Assembly (NCBI RefSeq): GCF_018977255.1
Contig: NW_024704743.1
Location: 22,260,001-22,324,000, forward strand
DNA length: 64,000 bases
Direction: 5' to 3'
Source of the DNA: Callorhinchus milii
Taxonomy: Eukaryota
Positions 12,290 to 23,904 of the stretch are shown one piece after another (position 1 is the stretch's first letter; every line of letters starts with the position of its first letter). The translations under genes were made by a program, and so were the position numbers. A model generated the notes under the pieces. The model had not been told where the DNA came from, searched no databases, and saw only the letters and a program-made list of their open reading frames with translations.

Positions 12290-13019
12290 AAATCCCTGCA
12301 ATCCTTATCATATTGTCCAAACACCTCAAAGCGCTTTGCAGGATTTACTGTGACCTGGAGTCCCTGGGTATTTTGTGGGTGAACATGCAGCCAATTTGCA
12401 CACAGCAATGTCCCACAAACAGCCAAGAAGCCAAATGAACAATTTTACTTGGGGCATTGTTAATAATAATAATTATAATATTCCTTGCATTTGATATAGC
12501 GCTTTTCATGTCTTCTAGATGTCTCAAAGTGCTTCACAGAATATACTGTAAAGTGAATTGGCTGTATATTTGTGGGCGAAATGCGGCAGCCAATTGCGCA
12601 CAAACAGTCGTGGATTGCGTGACCAATTTACTATTGTTTTTTTTCTTGAGGGATTATTATTAGGCATGTGGAGTAAGGAAATTTGCCCAAGGTTTTGTCC
12701 TGCTGGGAATCAAACCCAGGTTTCTCGCTTGAGAGGCGAGCGCTCTAACCACTGAGCTACAGGACTACCCCTTGTTGGCCAAGACACTGAGAAAAACTCT
12801 TCTTTTCAAATAGTGTTGTCTTATCTTTAACATGCACCTAAACAGGCAGAAGGGATCTTGATTTAATGGCCCACCTGAAGGATGGCGCCTCCAACAATGC
12901 AGCATTCCTCAGCACTGCATTGATGTGTCAGCCTAGACCTTGAGCTCAAAATCCTGATGTGCATCTCCCAACCTTCTGACTCAGAGAAGAGAGTGCTGTC
13001 AACTGATCCAGGCTGACAT
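12290..13019 (-). mobile_element. Older SINE split by a younger SINE insertion
   Basis: The 3' half (12290-12460) and 5' half (12772-13019) rejoin to the consensus ggggattgttggcc seen at 30881; TTGTT is duplicated at both junctions. Confidence 0.7.
12461..12771 (-). mobile_element. Full-length younger tRNA-headed SINE
   Basis: Cloverleaf head with A box TAGCTCAGTGG and B-box-like GGTTTGATTCC, Deu-like core, and atatcaaatgcaagga(att)n tail. Confidence 0.85.
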
Positions 13020-13029
13020 TTAATCCAGG

Positions 13030-13290
13030 AAGAACAAAGAGGTACAGCATGGAAACAGGTCACGCGACCCAACTAGTCCATGCCAGTGTATATACTCCAC
13101 ACCAGAATCCACGCGCTCCTTACTCCCTCCCATACCCTTCTATTCCCTTCTTCATTACGTAAAGGTCCAGCTTCCTCTTAAATGCAGCTACACTATCTGA
13201 TTCAACCACCGCTTCAGGCAGCGAGTTCCGCAATCACGTGAAGTAATCCCTCTTAAATTCTCTTTTAGATCCCCTAGTCGCTGTCTTATA
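13030..13290 (-). mobile_element. CR1 LINE 3' fragment
   Basis: ctcttaaatgcagctacactatctgattcaaccacc...ggcagcgagttcc resembles the other CR1 3' copies in the window. Confidence 0.55.
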
Positions 13291-15791
13291 CTTGCCCCAA
13301 ATTGTTGTTGCAACAATTGTCCTAATTAATTTTTGACAGCCCCCAAATGACAAAAATGAAAGAGAAAGCCTTCCTGTGACAATATGCACCAGAGAAAGTG
13401 TCCTAAAACATGAGAATATAAAGTCAGGGAACAGGACCAGGTGGCACAGCAGCCCTTCAGCTTTGTAACAACAGCAGACAGCTTGCAACACTCACTGCAA
13501 AGGTTATTCCTGTGACTAAAAGTGCAGTTTAAAATTAAGGTTTTTCTTTTTAAGTCTGGTGGCATCACCCTATGGCAAAGGACCTTTCCTGAGAGAGAAT
13601 GGTCTGGATTGGTGTTTCTTTGACTCTCTGCCGACCAGCTGAGAGATGCCCGAGTGCGGACTGGGCTGAAGGGTCCTTCCTCCCCGTGAGGAAACCTCCC
13701 CTCCCTCTCTGTGGCACGATAGCATTCAGGACTGTGTCGGAATACAGTCCTGAATATACCACAACGTACTGCCCCATCGAGCCACACTGCTATCAACGAC
13801 TTTCCAATCAAGCATCACAGACACAATGTGTCTCTTCTTTTGCCATCTCACCTATTTTCTACACAAAAGATATGCTTTGAGTAAATTTCTGGTCCATCAA
13901 TGTGCAGGTGTCGGTGCTACAGGGAATAAAGTACAGTTGGTTCCCATTTCAGACGCTCATTGGCAAAGGCATCAATTCCCAGGTCTGACCGGTATAAGCA
14001 TGGGCCAAAGAGGAGCAAAGTCCCTCTGCTCTGTCTCAGCAAGGAATTCCCATTTGTTCCCCCCTCCCTCACCACCAACAATAATAACAATCCTTACATT
14101 TGATATAGCGCCTTATCACGTCGTTGAGACGTCTCAAAGCGCTGCACAATTTGGTCTGTGGACCTGCATCCTGAACTAGGCTGATTCTTTCTCTACACTT
14201 TTCATTCATTCGCCACCGTCCCTTTTCCTTCAGCTGGCAGGATACGGACACAGCTGCCAACATCACTTTATATTAGCTAGCCCACAACAGGCTTAGCAAT
14301 CCATCCCATCACAACGCTACATGAATTCTGGAAATTAACCCAGCAAGGATTTAGTCATAATTATTCACAGTATCTTAAAAGGATCCAATGGAACAATTTA
14401 CAGTCACCTCAGACTTTGGGTCAAAAGAGCCCACCATCACTGGACCACTGAAACCAGCTGAACTTTACTCGGATTATTTAGCTCATAGTGGGATTGAAAT
14501 CCGCCATAAATTCAACACACACACCGCAAGACAAGGTTTGTAAACTATATCTACAACAGTCATTTCACTTAGATTCGGCTTGCTTGGCTGAGCGGCACAC
14601 TCAGGGTGAGGATTTCTGAATTGAGGACAAGTGGTCCGTTCATTTTTGGTGGCCTCTTTTGCGGTCAGGGGAGCTTTAAACAAGAGTCCATTTGACTCCT
14701 TAAAAGTATTTTGAACCGGACGAACCAAAGGAAAATTACAAGATACAACTCAAGTTAAATTCTTAATTTTTCTCCCGACGCACACAACATAGATATGCGA
14801 ACACACACAACACAGATACACCTAGCACAGATGCACACAAATAACACATCAGAACATAGACAGGCACGCGCACACGCCACATAGACAAAACACACAACAC
14901 AGATACACACACACACATATATATATATATGTATAAAGTGGACATTTTATTCATATCCATTGGTAAAGATGCTCTTAATTTAATTTCAATCTTAATCGAA
15001 TCTCTGTGACGTCTGCTGTAAACTTCCAGCACTGGAAAAATAGAAGAAATCCACTGGGAAAACAGAAACATGAACAGCAAAACAAAAGCTGTGAAACTTG
15101 CAAAACCCAGAAATAGCAGTCCTACTGCTTGGCAGCTCATCGAAATCCAGATACAAAAAACGCGTTAAAGGTGCAAACGCCCAAATAAAAATAACCCTCG
15201 CACTCATCACACAGCAACATTTATGCGCGTAGAGATTTAAGAGCTACTTACGCAGAACATGCAGGTCCATAGTGGCAGGTGGCAACTCTAAATTGATGGA
15301 ACTCAAAGCGGGAAGAGAAGGGGAAGAGAAATGCAATCTTCTTCCAAGATTAGTCTGCACTAATAACGGATGGTTCTGCGACAGAGCCCTGCGATGGTTT
15401 TTTTTTTAACACACACACACTTTCATCAGCCAAGTGAGATGTGTATGTAGGATATCAATGCCAGTGGTTTAAGCCCCAAGTCCTAGAGAAGAGCAGTGTT
15501 GCCTGTGTTTATAGAGTAATCTCCCCCCACCCCCAACCCCCCCCCACTGACATTTCGATGGGGAGAGTGCACATTTCCATTGGGCAGCACTTGGATGAGG
15601 AGAGCCAATTGCACAGTGGTTAAGCTCCACTCAAACGCCTGCTCACCCCCCCCCCCCCCCCAGGATTCACAAAAACAAGCTCCCAATGGTACAGGGCAGC
15701 ACAAGGCAGCAGCAAAGATACTGACTGGAGCTCCATCCTCCATCCCATGCAGCTCAGTCTGTCAGACAGGAGATACTGCCACCACAATTTA

Positions 15792-17442
15792 GCAGAGGGG
15801 GGCAGTGAGAGAGAGGGGCAGAGGGGCAGAGGGGCAGAGAGAGAGGTGGGGGCAGAGGGGCAGAGAGAGAGAGGGGGGCAGAGAGGGGCAGAGAGAGAGA
15901 GGGGCAGAGAGGGGCAGAAAGAGAGAGGGGCAGAGAGAGAGAGGGGGGCAGAGGGGCAGAAAGAGAGAGGGGCAGAGGGGCAGTGAGAGAGAGGGGCAGA
16001 GAGGGGCAGTGAGAGAGGGGCAGAGAGGGGCAGTGAGAGAGAGGGGCAGAGAGGGGCAGTGGGGCAGAAAGAGAGAGGGGCAGAGGGGCAGTGAGAGAGA
16101 GGGGCAGTGAGAGAGAGGGGCAGAGAGGGGCAGAGGGGCAGAAAGAGAGAGGGGCAGAGGGGCAGTGAGAGAGAGGGGCAGAGAGGGGCAGTGAGAGAGG
16201 GGCAGAGGGGCAGAAAGAGAGAGCGGCAGAGGGGCAGTGAGAGAGAGGGGCAGTGAGAGAGAGGGGCAGTGAGAGAGAGGGGCAGAAAGAGAGAGGGGCA
16301 GAGGGGCAGTGAGAGAGAGGGGCAGTGAGAGAGAGGGGCAGAGAGGGGCAGAGGGGCAGAAAGAGAGAGGGGCAGAGGGGCAGTGAGAGAGAGGGGCAGA
16401 GAGGGGCAGTGAGAGAGAGGGGCAGAGGAGCAGAAAGAGAGAGCGGCAGAGGGGCAGTGAGAGAGAGGGGCAGAGAGGGGCAGTGAGAGAGAGGAGCAGA
16501 GGGGCAGAAAGAGAGAGCGGCAGAGGGGCAGTGAGAGAGAGGGGCAGTGAGAGAGAGGGGCAGAGAGGGGCAGAAAGAGAGAGGGGCAGAGGGGCAGTGA
16601 GAGAGAGGGGCAGAGGGGCAGAACGAGAGAGGGGCAGAGAGGGGCAGTGAGAGAGAGGGGCAGAGAGGGGCAGAGAGAGAGAGGGGCAGAGAGGGGCAGT
16701 GAGAGAGAGGAGCAGAGAGAGAGAGGGGCAGTGAGAGAGGGGCAGAGGGGCAGAGAGAGAGAAGGGCAGAGAGGGGCAGTGAGAGAGAGGGGCAGAGAGA
16801 GAGAGGGGCAGAGGGGGCAGTGAGAGAGAGGGGCAGTGAGGGGCAGTGAGAGAGAGGGGCAGAGAGAGAGAGGGGCAGAGGGGGGCAGTGAGAGAGAGGG
16901 GCAGTGAGGGGCAGTGAGAGAGAGGGGCAGAGAGAGAGAGGGGCAGAGGGGGGCAGTGAGACAGAGGGGCAGAGGGGCAGAGAGAGAGAGGGGCAGAGGG
17001 GGGCAGTGAGAGAGAGGGGCAGAGGGGCAGAGAGAGAGAGGGGCAGAGGGGGGCAGTGAGAGAGAGGGGCAGAGAGGGGCAGTGAGAGAGGGACAGTGAG
17101 AGAGAGGCAGTGAGAGAGGGGAAGAGAGAGGGGCAGAGAAGGGGCAGTGAGAGGCAGAGAGAGAGAGAGGCAGAGAGGGGAAATGAGGGCTAGAGAGAGG
17201 GGCAGAGAGAGGCAGAGAGGGGGCAAAGAGGAGCAGAGAGAGGGCAAAGAGGGGCAGAGAGAGGCAGTGAGAGGCAGTGAGGGGTAGAAGGGGGCAGTGA
17301 GAGAGGCAGTGAGGGGCAGAGAGAGGCAGTGAGAGAGAGGGGGGCAGAGAGGGGAAGTGAGGGGCAGTGAGAGAGGGGCAGTGAGAGAGGGGCAGAGAGA
17401 GAGGGGCAGTGAGAGAGGGGCAGTGAGAGAGGGGCAGAGAGA
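15792..17442. repeat. 1.65 kb purine-rich minisatellite built from GGGGCAGA(GA)n / GGGGCAGTGA(GA)n / GGGGCAGAAA(GA)n units
   Basis: Seen directly. It explains the 630 aa and 600 aa low-complexity ORFs. Confidence 0.95.
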
Positions 17443-17561
17443 CACACACAGAGACGGAGAGAGAGAGAGAGAGATCCAATTCAGTGAAGTCGCGGGTCTC
17501 CGGGAAAGCCACAGAGAGAGAGAGAGAGAGAAGAGCTGAGACTCAGTCATTACCATTCCCC

Positions 17562-17575
17562 GTCGCCATGGAAAC
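17562..17575. promoter_or_regulatory. RFX X-box motif GTCGCCATGGAAAC
   Basis: 14-bp match to the palindromic X-box consensus GTNRCCATGGNAAC in a locally CpG-containing patch. Function is untested. Confidence 0.45.
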
Positions 17576-18929
17576 GGATCGGGGATTTTGTGTTGCGAAC
17601 ATCTGCTCTTCAGCCCTCATTATAGCCTGGTGTGAGTGTGTGATGTGGGGAGGAGGGTGTAGGTTTGCTGCCTAGTTGTTGGAAGAGTTACCCTGTTTGA
17701 TGCATTACAAATGACAGACATTTGACAGAAATGATGAGGATGGATTCATTTTTCACATCTTTGCCCCTGAGACCATGCTGGCTGATGAAGTAGGTTCGGG
17801 TGTGAGTGGGAGGGGTAGAAATCCTGGGCTCTGCAACTGGATGTTCTAACTGTATGGAGTTCATACTTATACAGTGGAGCACCCAAGAGTTAGTTAATCT
17901 TGGGGTGAGTACATTTGGAGCTTGTTGTCCCAGACAATTCCCAATGGAGCTGAGGCTGGAATGTATGTGCATGACTAGGCAGCCTTAGCAGATGTGGATG
18001 TGAGCAAGCTGCATGCAAGGCTGTCTCTGTTTGGAATTACTGTGCTTGGGCACCAACCAGTCACTGGCGTGTCTCGCTTACCACAAATATTTTCTACAGC
18101 ATTGTTGTTTTCAGGCAGTTGTTTGCTTTAAAAAACCACATTTAGTGCGAAAATTTGACCCGACGTGTGTGTATGTGTGTGTTTTTCACCAATAATCCAT
18201 GCCATCCATGTTGGTTAATGTATCAGGAGATCCAGTTCTAGTTTACACTCTTTACTCCAATGAGGACCTTATTTGCACCTCATTCGCCCACAAAATGTGA
18301 TTCCATTTTGCAATGTATTCTGTGAAATGCTTTGTGGCATCTTAACGACATGGTAAAGCGCTATATCAAATGCAAGGATTATGAATATTATTATTAAGAC
18401 ATTTATAGGAATAAATACACAGAGCGTTATTCCCTTGTGCCGAAACAGTGCAACACATTTTTAATAGGACGAATTTGTACGTCTAGATTTTAACCTTAAA
18501 TTGCACTCAACTACTTTACCTAGGAATCAATTAGGTATTTGAATGCAGAAGATTTTGAAGATTTGTTATGTGGGAAATGTTGCAGATTGGCACCTCTGAT
18601 TAATCCCTTCACTTAAATCATTCGTCTGATCTTAGAGCAATTCCATGCTGCAATGTTAAAAAGCTGCATCAATTTGACTTTGCTGCATTTCTAAGAGTCT
18701 GACAAACTTTCCCACTGGTTAATTCCCTGTTAACTAAAAAAAAATCCTCTCATGTGGTCCACAGAGTGTGGTTCCCATTTACAGTCCATCGAACTTGACT
18801 TATGGCCTGCCAGCTCTTGTGTAATGGTATGCCACGTGCGCAGCTGGTGGGGAGATTATTGCAAAGCACTGGCATATATGCTACATAAGGGTAATTCTTA
18901 GTGAGGTAGGTACTTGGTGTGGGTCGGGT

Positions 18930-19190
18930 AATAATAATAATCTTTGCATTTGATACAGCGTCTTATCACGTCGTTGAGACGTTTCAAAGCGCTTCACAGA
19001 ATATACTGTAAAGTGAGGTGACTGTGTATTTTGTGGGCAAAACGGGGGAAGCCAATTGTGTACAGCAGTGTCCCACATACAGTCGTGGATTGAGCAACCA
19101 AATTTATTTATTTCTTTTTGGAGGGATTATTCCCCCCCCCCCAGAAAGCGATCCGCCAATCGACTCACCTGGGTGTTGTGCCCTGCGCAC
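18930..19190 (-). mobile_element. Younger SINE family, 5'-truncated
   Basis: (aat)n-ctttgcatttgat tail, Deu-like core and gagggattatt segment. Confidence 0.75.
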
Positions 19191-19204
19191 AGGTAGCAAC
19201 CTCG

Positions 19205-19380
19205 AGCAACAACAACAACAGCAAGATTCCATTTATAGAGCGCCTTTCACGTCGGGAGGACGTCCCAAGGCGCTGTAAGTTGGGTCAGGACCCGAGCAGG
19301 GGGGAAATGGTCAGGGTGAGGGGAGGGAAGGGAGGGAGCGAGGAGGGGGTAGAGAGTCGAGTGGGGAGCTGAAGGCACGG
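19205..19380 (-). mobile_element. L2-type LINE 3' end
   Basis: (caa)n-gattccatttatagagcgcctttcacgtcgggaggacgtcccaaggcgc, near-identical to 60438-60720. Confidence 0.75.
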
Positions 19381-20073
19381 GGAGCAGAGCAGGGATCTGA
19401 CCATCAGGGGGCGATGTCGAGCTCCTGGATCACCGGTAAATTGTGTTTATTGTGTTTATTGATGGTTGGGTCTGGACTGTCTCTTAACATCTGCTAATGC
19501 AAATGGCTTTCTACTCCCATCATGCGTCACCTTTTGAATTCTGGAAGGTTCTAAGTGCTTTCAGACATCTCGATGACGCGATACGGCACTGTATCAAATG
19601 CAAGGATTAGTATTATTCTGTGGTTAAAATGATTAAAAAGAAATGTCATCTTTTTTTAAAAAAAAATGTGCATTTCAGGTCACCGGCGGGGTTTTAATGA
19701 AAGGACTGTAGCCACGTTTCATTCTGCACCAACATTGTTAGGAATGACTTGCTCTCTTATGAAAAAAAAGTGATTTCTAATCCCCCAGGAAAAAATTCGT
19801 CGCTCACTTCATGGCTGTTTGTGGAACATTGTTGTGTGCAAATTGCTGTGTTTGCCTACAAAACACAGTCATTATACTAAAATATGCAGTCTATTCACTT
19901 TACAGTATATTCTGTGAAGCGCTTTGAGATGTCCCGAAGACGTGATAAGGCTCTATAATCAAATGCAAGGATTATTATTAACAGCAAAATCATTTGAAGC
20001 GCTTTGAGACAGTTCCTGAAATATGCAGTCTATTCATTATACAGTATATTCTGTGAAGCGCTTTGAGATGTCT

Positions 20074-20098
20074 NNNNNNNNNNNNNNNNNNNNNNNNN
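20074..20098. other. Assembly gap (25 N), followed by a G-rich (GGGGTGAT)n tract to ~20235
   Basis: Seen directly in the sequence. Confidence 0.99.
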
Positions 20099-20499
20099 GG
20101 TGAGTGGGGGGGGGTGATGGGGGTGATGGGGTGGGGGGGTGATGGGGGGTGGGGGGTGATGGGGGTGGGGGGGTGATGGGTGGGGGGTGGAGGGTGTGTG
20201 ATGGGGGGGGGGGAGGGAGAGGGGAGATGGGGGTTCGCGTCCCGTCAGCCCCTGTGGGTGAAATTAAGAATATATATGTATATATAGAGAGATGGGCCGC
20301 GGATTTCACGCAGACACACACACACAGACTCCGTCCCTCCTTCCTTCACCAACACAATCCGCCTGGAAGACATCACTTTCTTTATTCAAGCATTTCCTTT
20401 ACTTTAATTAATAAAAATTGTTTTGGGTTGAAATAAAAATAAATTTGGGTAGAAATAAATATATTTTTCAAGATTCTCACACCCATTTACAAATGCTCT

Positions 20500-20800
20500 A
20501 GCACCTCCTTACCTGTCTGACCAGCTCACACCCACTCCCCCACCTGAACCCCTTTGCTCGTCCCTCGTACCCTCAGCTCCACCCTGTACTTTTAGCCACG
20601 ACACCCTGAAACCCTGTCTCAATCCCTCTGCCTTGCCCCGTCTTTAACAGTCTTCAAGTTGCAGCTCAAGACCTTTCTCTTCGACTGTGCTTAAGGTCAC
20701 CAACCCTTTCTCCCTGGCTCGGTGTCAGGCTCCACAATGTTAAATGCTCCAAGACACTATTCTGCGTAGAGGATGCAATATAAATGTAAATTGTTGTACA
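20500..20800 (+). mobile_element. L2-type LINE 3' fragment
   Basis: gcacctccttacctgtctgacc...ctcaagacctttctcttcgactgtgc...gatgcaatataaatgtaaattgttg. Confidence 0.6.
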
Positions 20801-20826
20801 TTTTCAGCCGAAGACATCGAGGCAGC

Positions 20827-21140
20827 TAATGATAATAACAATCCTTGCATTTGATGTAGCCCATTATCACATCTTTGAGATGTCTCAAAAGAGCTTCAGA
20901 ATATACTGTAAAGTGAATTGACTGTATATTTTTTGGGTGAAACATGGCAGCCAATTGCGCCCATCAGCGTCCCACAAACAGTCGTGGACTGAATGGCTAA
21001 ATTTTTTTTGGAAGGAATTATTATCCCCGAAAAAACAATTCGCCAATCGACTAACAACCAGGTTCCTACTTACGGCTGGGTAAACAGAGGCGTGTGGAGT
21101 AAGGAAACTTGGCCAACGTTTCGCCCTGATGGGAATCAAA
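20827..21140 (-). mobile_element. Younger SINE family copy lacking most of the tRNA head
   Basis: Tail, Deu-like core and gtggagtaaggaaacttg segment. Confidence 0.75.
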
Positions 21141-21894
21141 CAATATATGTGAAGGAAGGCTATTGAGGAATAAGGAGAAAAGGTAGGGAGGTATTATTAA
21201 ACCACAGAAAATTACAGCACAGATGGTGCTGGCTCTTTTAAGAGCAAACGTTTCAGTCCCATTTATCTGCTCTTTCCCTGTATCCCTATAATAATAGAAC
21301 AAAGGGATTAAAGAAAAGTCTGCTATGATTTAATAATAATCCTTGCATTTGATACAGGACTTATCACATGGTCAGACGTCTCAAAACGTATACAGACTAT
21401 ACCGTAGAGTGAATTGACTGTGTATTTTGTGGCCGGAATACAATGGCAGGACAGGTCCAATATAGGCCGAGTGGCCTCCTCCCATTCCTATGTTCCTCAA
21501 AATTACACCTGAGTGACAACTTCATAAGAAAAATAAGGAAAGCCTGCCTTCGATAAGGAATTATGAAGCAGAACCGAATCTTAATAAGACAGGTTTAAAG
21601 AGAGGATGCGTTCTGAATTTTTTTTTAAAAAAACTCCTGAAATGAATAATAATAAACCATCAAAGTGATCTTCAAACTCAGGATGCTTTTGGAAAGGTGC
21701 TAAAAGTTGTGAATAATTCTCAAAGAGAAAGCTGGAATTGATTTCAGATGGCCTTCATTATTAATTTCTCACTTGTCAGGAACGTTGTAAAATGCTTGAT
21801 CCCTGACTAATTTGTTTTAAATATTGCAACTCATTGCCTAAGCCCTGCATTCAATTAATGATGGAATCTCCAATATATCCTAACCAGTAAACCA

Positions 21895-22520
21895 CAAGAT
21901 CACAAGAGAGGCACACATCAAGAAAGCCCTTCAGCCCACATGATCTCATCCTTCCGGATTATCCACCCTATCATTACAGAATCAAACGACTTCTTAAATG
22001 AATCCTGCTCTCTTCCTGATAGCCCATTCCTGCTCTTCGTTACCATTACCCTCTGCAAGAAGAAATATTTCTTTACAAAGAGGTTAATTAACAGCAGGAA
22101 TCGGTCATCAGGACGTCCATCCTAAAACTGCCCTTCACAATCCTGAACTTGTGACCTCTTGACCTGATGCATTAGCATGAAAGGAATGTTTTAGATTTAC
22201 TTTATCAAACCCATTTATATATATATATCCTATACATCTCGATTAGGTCCTCTCTCCCATCCCTCTCCGAGATGTCTCTTGTCAAGCTGAAGAGTCTTCA
22301 GATATCTCGTCTCTCCGCATAGCTCAACCCTTCAACACTTTTTTTCTCCTCTGCACTGTATCAAGGAACTGCAGCGTCCCCTTCTGTCACAGTGACCAGA
22401 ACTGTACCCACATGCAACCTGATCAGAGCATTTGTAGCTTGAGAATAACTTCTGAAGATCTAAACTCAACTGATTTGGCAATATAGCCCAGCACCCTGTT
22501 TGCCATGTTTATCACGACTT
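21895..22520 (-). mobile_element. Old CR1 LINE fragment
   Basis: gtgaccagaactgtacc...ctcctctgcact...tctccgcatagctcaaccc is the reverse of the CR1 RT C-terminal motifs (VQFWS.., L.Y.ERL). Confidence 0.5.
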
Positions 22521-22974
22521 TATCTCGTTTTTGACGTGGCGAGCGATGTAGTAGTGCAGTGATGCTCTCACAGTGCAGTATGGAAATACTTGGGTTAACC
22601 AGTTGTGTTTGATTTGTGGGAGCGGGATCTTTCAGATGAAAAAGAGTGACCCTTTGCTTGGATAGCAGCCCTTTAAAACACAGAGGAAAGCCTCATGTGC
22701 AGAAAGCAGTAGCTGGGAAGGTCCATTTAGTTAGTGCCTGATTTGTGGACAACATTGAGTTAGAGAGAATTAAGGCTCGAACAGGACTTGATGGCAGGCA
22801 AAGTTCAGGCTTTGTGTGTGTATGCGTGTGTGTGTGGTGTGCATGAATGCGTGTTTTTTGGTTTGTGTGTATTTGATTTCTGTATGTTTGCTATTGTGTA
22901 TGTGGGTCGGTCGGTCGCCTGCCTGCCTGCCTCCTTTTGGGTTTCATTTCTACTCATGTCTTAATTTTTGTCTC

Positions 22975-23200
22975 ATTTAACCACATCTCCTCTTGCCCCT
23001 AAGTGCTCACTTGCGGTGTTCCTCAGAGCTCCATCCTTGGTTCCCTCCTTTTTCTCATCTATATGCTCCCCCTTTGTGACCTTATATGCAGGCACTTGCA
23101 TAGATACACCATTGAAGCCCAATTGTATCTCGCTTCCGGGACCAGTGATGTTCTCGGTCATCTCCGAGTTGTGGGTTCCCTTGTTGTCTGAAACCTTCAC
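22975..23200 (+). mobile_element. L2-type LINE reverse-transcriptase fragment
   Basis: LTCGVPQSSILGSLLFLIYMLPLCDLI resembles the RT motif GVPQGSILGPLLFLIYMLPLG. Confidence 0.75.
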
Positions 23201-23904
23201 CCAAAAACCAAAAGCTGTCTGAACAGCACATAAGCACTAGTGAGCATTGCTCACTGGCAAAGCAACAATGGTAGGCATTAACTTTGTCTGTACAGCTTCA
23301 GTACAGCATATAAGCACCAGTGAACTGTCAGAAGTTGGCAGAACACAGAAGGCACTTTGGTCACATAAATCGCCCTCTAAACACCTGTTGCACACAGGAC
23401 CTCAATCTGAAAGCCAATTTCAGCTCTCTATAAGCATTGACTCAGTTCTGTTAAACACGTAGCTGTACAGACTCCATCAAGAGAGAAGATAGGAAGTGGA
23501 CATGGAGGGAGCTTTGCATACAAAGGCAGAGCAACCTTCAAAAGAATGAGGAAGCTCATTCCATGAAGGTAAGTCAATCTCTCTCCTCATCTGTTCAACT
23601 TCAACAAGGATAGGAATATGTACTGAAGTCATACAGATAAAGTTAATGCCTGCCATTGTTGCCGTGCCAGAGTAATGCTCAGCTCATGGTTGTCAAATCA
23701 AAATACTGATCTTCATAAATATGTAGAAATTACACCTAAGTCCCTGCCTGCCTGATAATACCAAGAGGAATGATTTGATTTTTGTACCATGATCTAGTTA
23801 TAGAGTGAGCAAAATCAGCTTAGCCTTTCCTACCAGATCATGGCAAGTTAAGAGAGCAATATTACTGGCTAATATTACTGTCTAATGTGTAAAGAAGACA
23901 CAAC

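Noticed and set aside
14763..15140. 125 aa ORF with a hydrophobic N-terminus
   Set aside because: The hydrophobicity follows from T-rich sequence, and the C-terminal half is a TG/TA microsatellite.
15620..17556. 630 aa and 600 aa minus-strand ORFs
   Set aside because: They are translations of the stop-free minisatellite (S/L/P/C/A repeats in several frames), with no evidence of coding function.
19879..20073. ~55-bp direct duplication of a SINE segment
   Set aside because: The second copy ends at the assembly gap, so it may be an artefact.
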